From: Ostrea edulis
Taxonomy: Eukaryota
DNA length: 64,000 nucleotides
Direction of reading: 5' to 3'
Assembly: GCF_947568905.1 (NCBI RefSeq)
Contig: NC_079165.1
Coordinates: forward strand, 5,518,001 to 5,582,000
In this document: piece after piece, positions 63,162 through 64,000 of the stretch
Layout: every line of letters begins with the position of its first letter
Position numbering within the stretch: the first letter of the stretch is position 1
Made by a program: the position numbers and the translations under genes
The notes under the pieces: model-generated
What the model was told of the DNA's origin: nothing
The model's database searches: none
What the model saw: the letters and a program-made list of their open reading frames with translations, nothing else

Positions 63162-63297
63162 ACTCGGTATGGACAATGTGTAGACTCAGTATGGATAATA
63201 TGTAGACTCAGTATGGATAATGTGTAGATTCAGTATGGATAATGTGTAGAATCAGTATGGATAATGTGTAGACTGATTGTGGATAATATGTAAACTC
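63162..63297. repeat. 22-bp tandem repeat, ~6 units (actcagtatggataatgtgtag)
   Basis: Direct inspection. Confidence 0.9.
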
Positions 63298-63750
63298 TGA
63301 AGTTGAAAAGTATGCTGGAGTTCCACATTGACATTATCTTCGTAGTCTTTGGTGATCAGGTCTTCCAACATTCTGTTGAAATTCCCACGGGCACGAATTG
63401 TGCTCCTTTGTTAGCTGACCTGTTTTTATATTTTTATGAAGCAGAATTCATTCAGAAACGTCTACGTATGACGAAAAAAATTCTTAATGTGGCCTTCAAT
63501 GCGACATTTAGATAGATCGACGACGTTTTATCTAATAACAATAATACTTTTCATTCATATGTCGATTCGATATATCCCTATGAACTCGAAATAATAGATT
63601 TCAGAGTACTTGTGCGTTGAGTCAGAGTGGTGTTTAACGAAGTATTTTTCTGGATGACTGGTCATTAGATATTAATATTTCCGATTTCCATATTTGTTAA
63701 AGAAGTAGTTGTCTGTAATGTCAAAAAGCTTCGCGATTTCAAGTTTACTA
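63294..63750. mobile_element. Penelope-like RT fragment with an internal inversion (+ 63294-63593, - 63597-63750)
   Basis: The plus part encodes VFGDQVFQHSVEIPTGTNCAPLLADLFLY...FRxIDDVLSNN. The minus part (ccactctgactcaacgcacaagtactctgaaatc) is the sequence that normally lies immediately upstream of it. Confidence 0.8.
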
Positions 63751-64000
63751 AAAGTTCTTTAGAATTTTTTAAAATTTACATTTGACTTCACAGCTGTTGG
63801 CATTTTCGTTAGGAGCAAAGATATGGGCTTTATAGAACACTTACTAGCTCCAGCAATGTATCTTTGCAATGTATCTTTGTACATGTAAGAGTTTTTATGA
63901 AGTTTAGGAATCCAGTATAGGTATGGTAACTCATATTCATCCGACCCGTTGACTGATATATTAAATGTGTCTAAAACTGAAGCATGTTTTGAAGAATTTC

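Overview
AT-rich, repeat-dense eukaryotic DNA. It is most likely a bivalve mollusc (oyster-like), an inference from the repeat families and gene types. The supplied ORF track is mostly repeat noise. The real genes are spliced and were reconstructed here by hand from GT-AG junctions and exon phases. (1) A minus-strand LRR gene with a signal peptide + LRRNT exon (5151-5323) and a 72-nt LRR exon (1372-1443), next to decayed LRR/TLR-like sequence. (2) Three secreted H-type lectin paralogs on the plus strand, each with a 75-nt signal exon, a 15/16-nt micro-exon and a lectin exon. Two of them lie in a tandem duplication of about 7-8.5 kb whose ends fall inside Penelope-like element fragments. Copy A carries a frameshift and a premature stop; copy B is intact. 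(3) Two minus-strand, 3-exon paralogs (183 and 169 aa) encoding secreted precursors with two 4-Cys modules (Cx2C-x10/11-Cx3/4C) that I cannot assign to any known family. This is the best candidate for an undescribed system. The rest is about 30 fragments of a Penelope-like retroelement with C-terminal RT (Naiad-type), several SINE families, Kolobok-like and other MITEs, a Gypsy remnant, a Harbinger/ISL2EU transposase end, a possible solo LTR, and mini/microsatellites. No prokaryotic features, rRNA or CRISPR were found. Repeat boundaries are by eye and approximate; exon boundaries were counted base by base.
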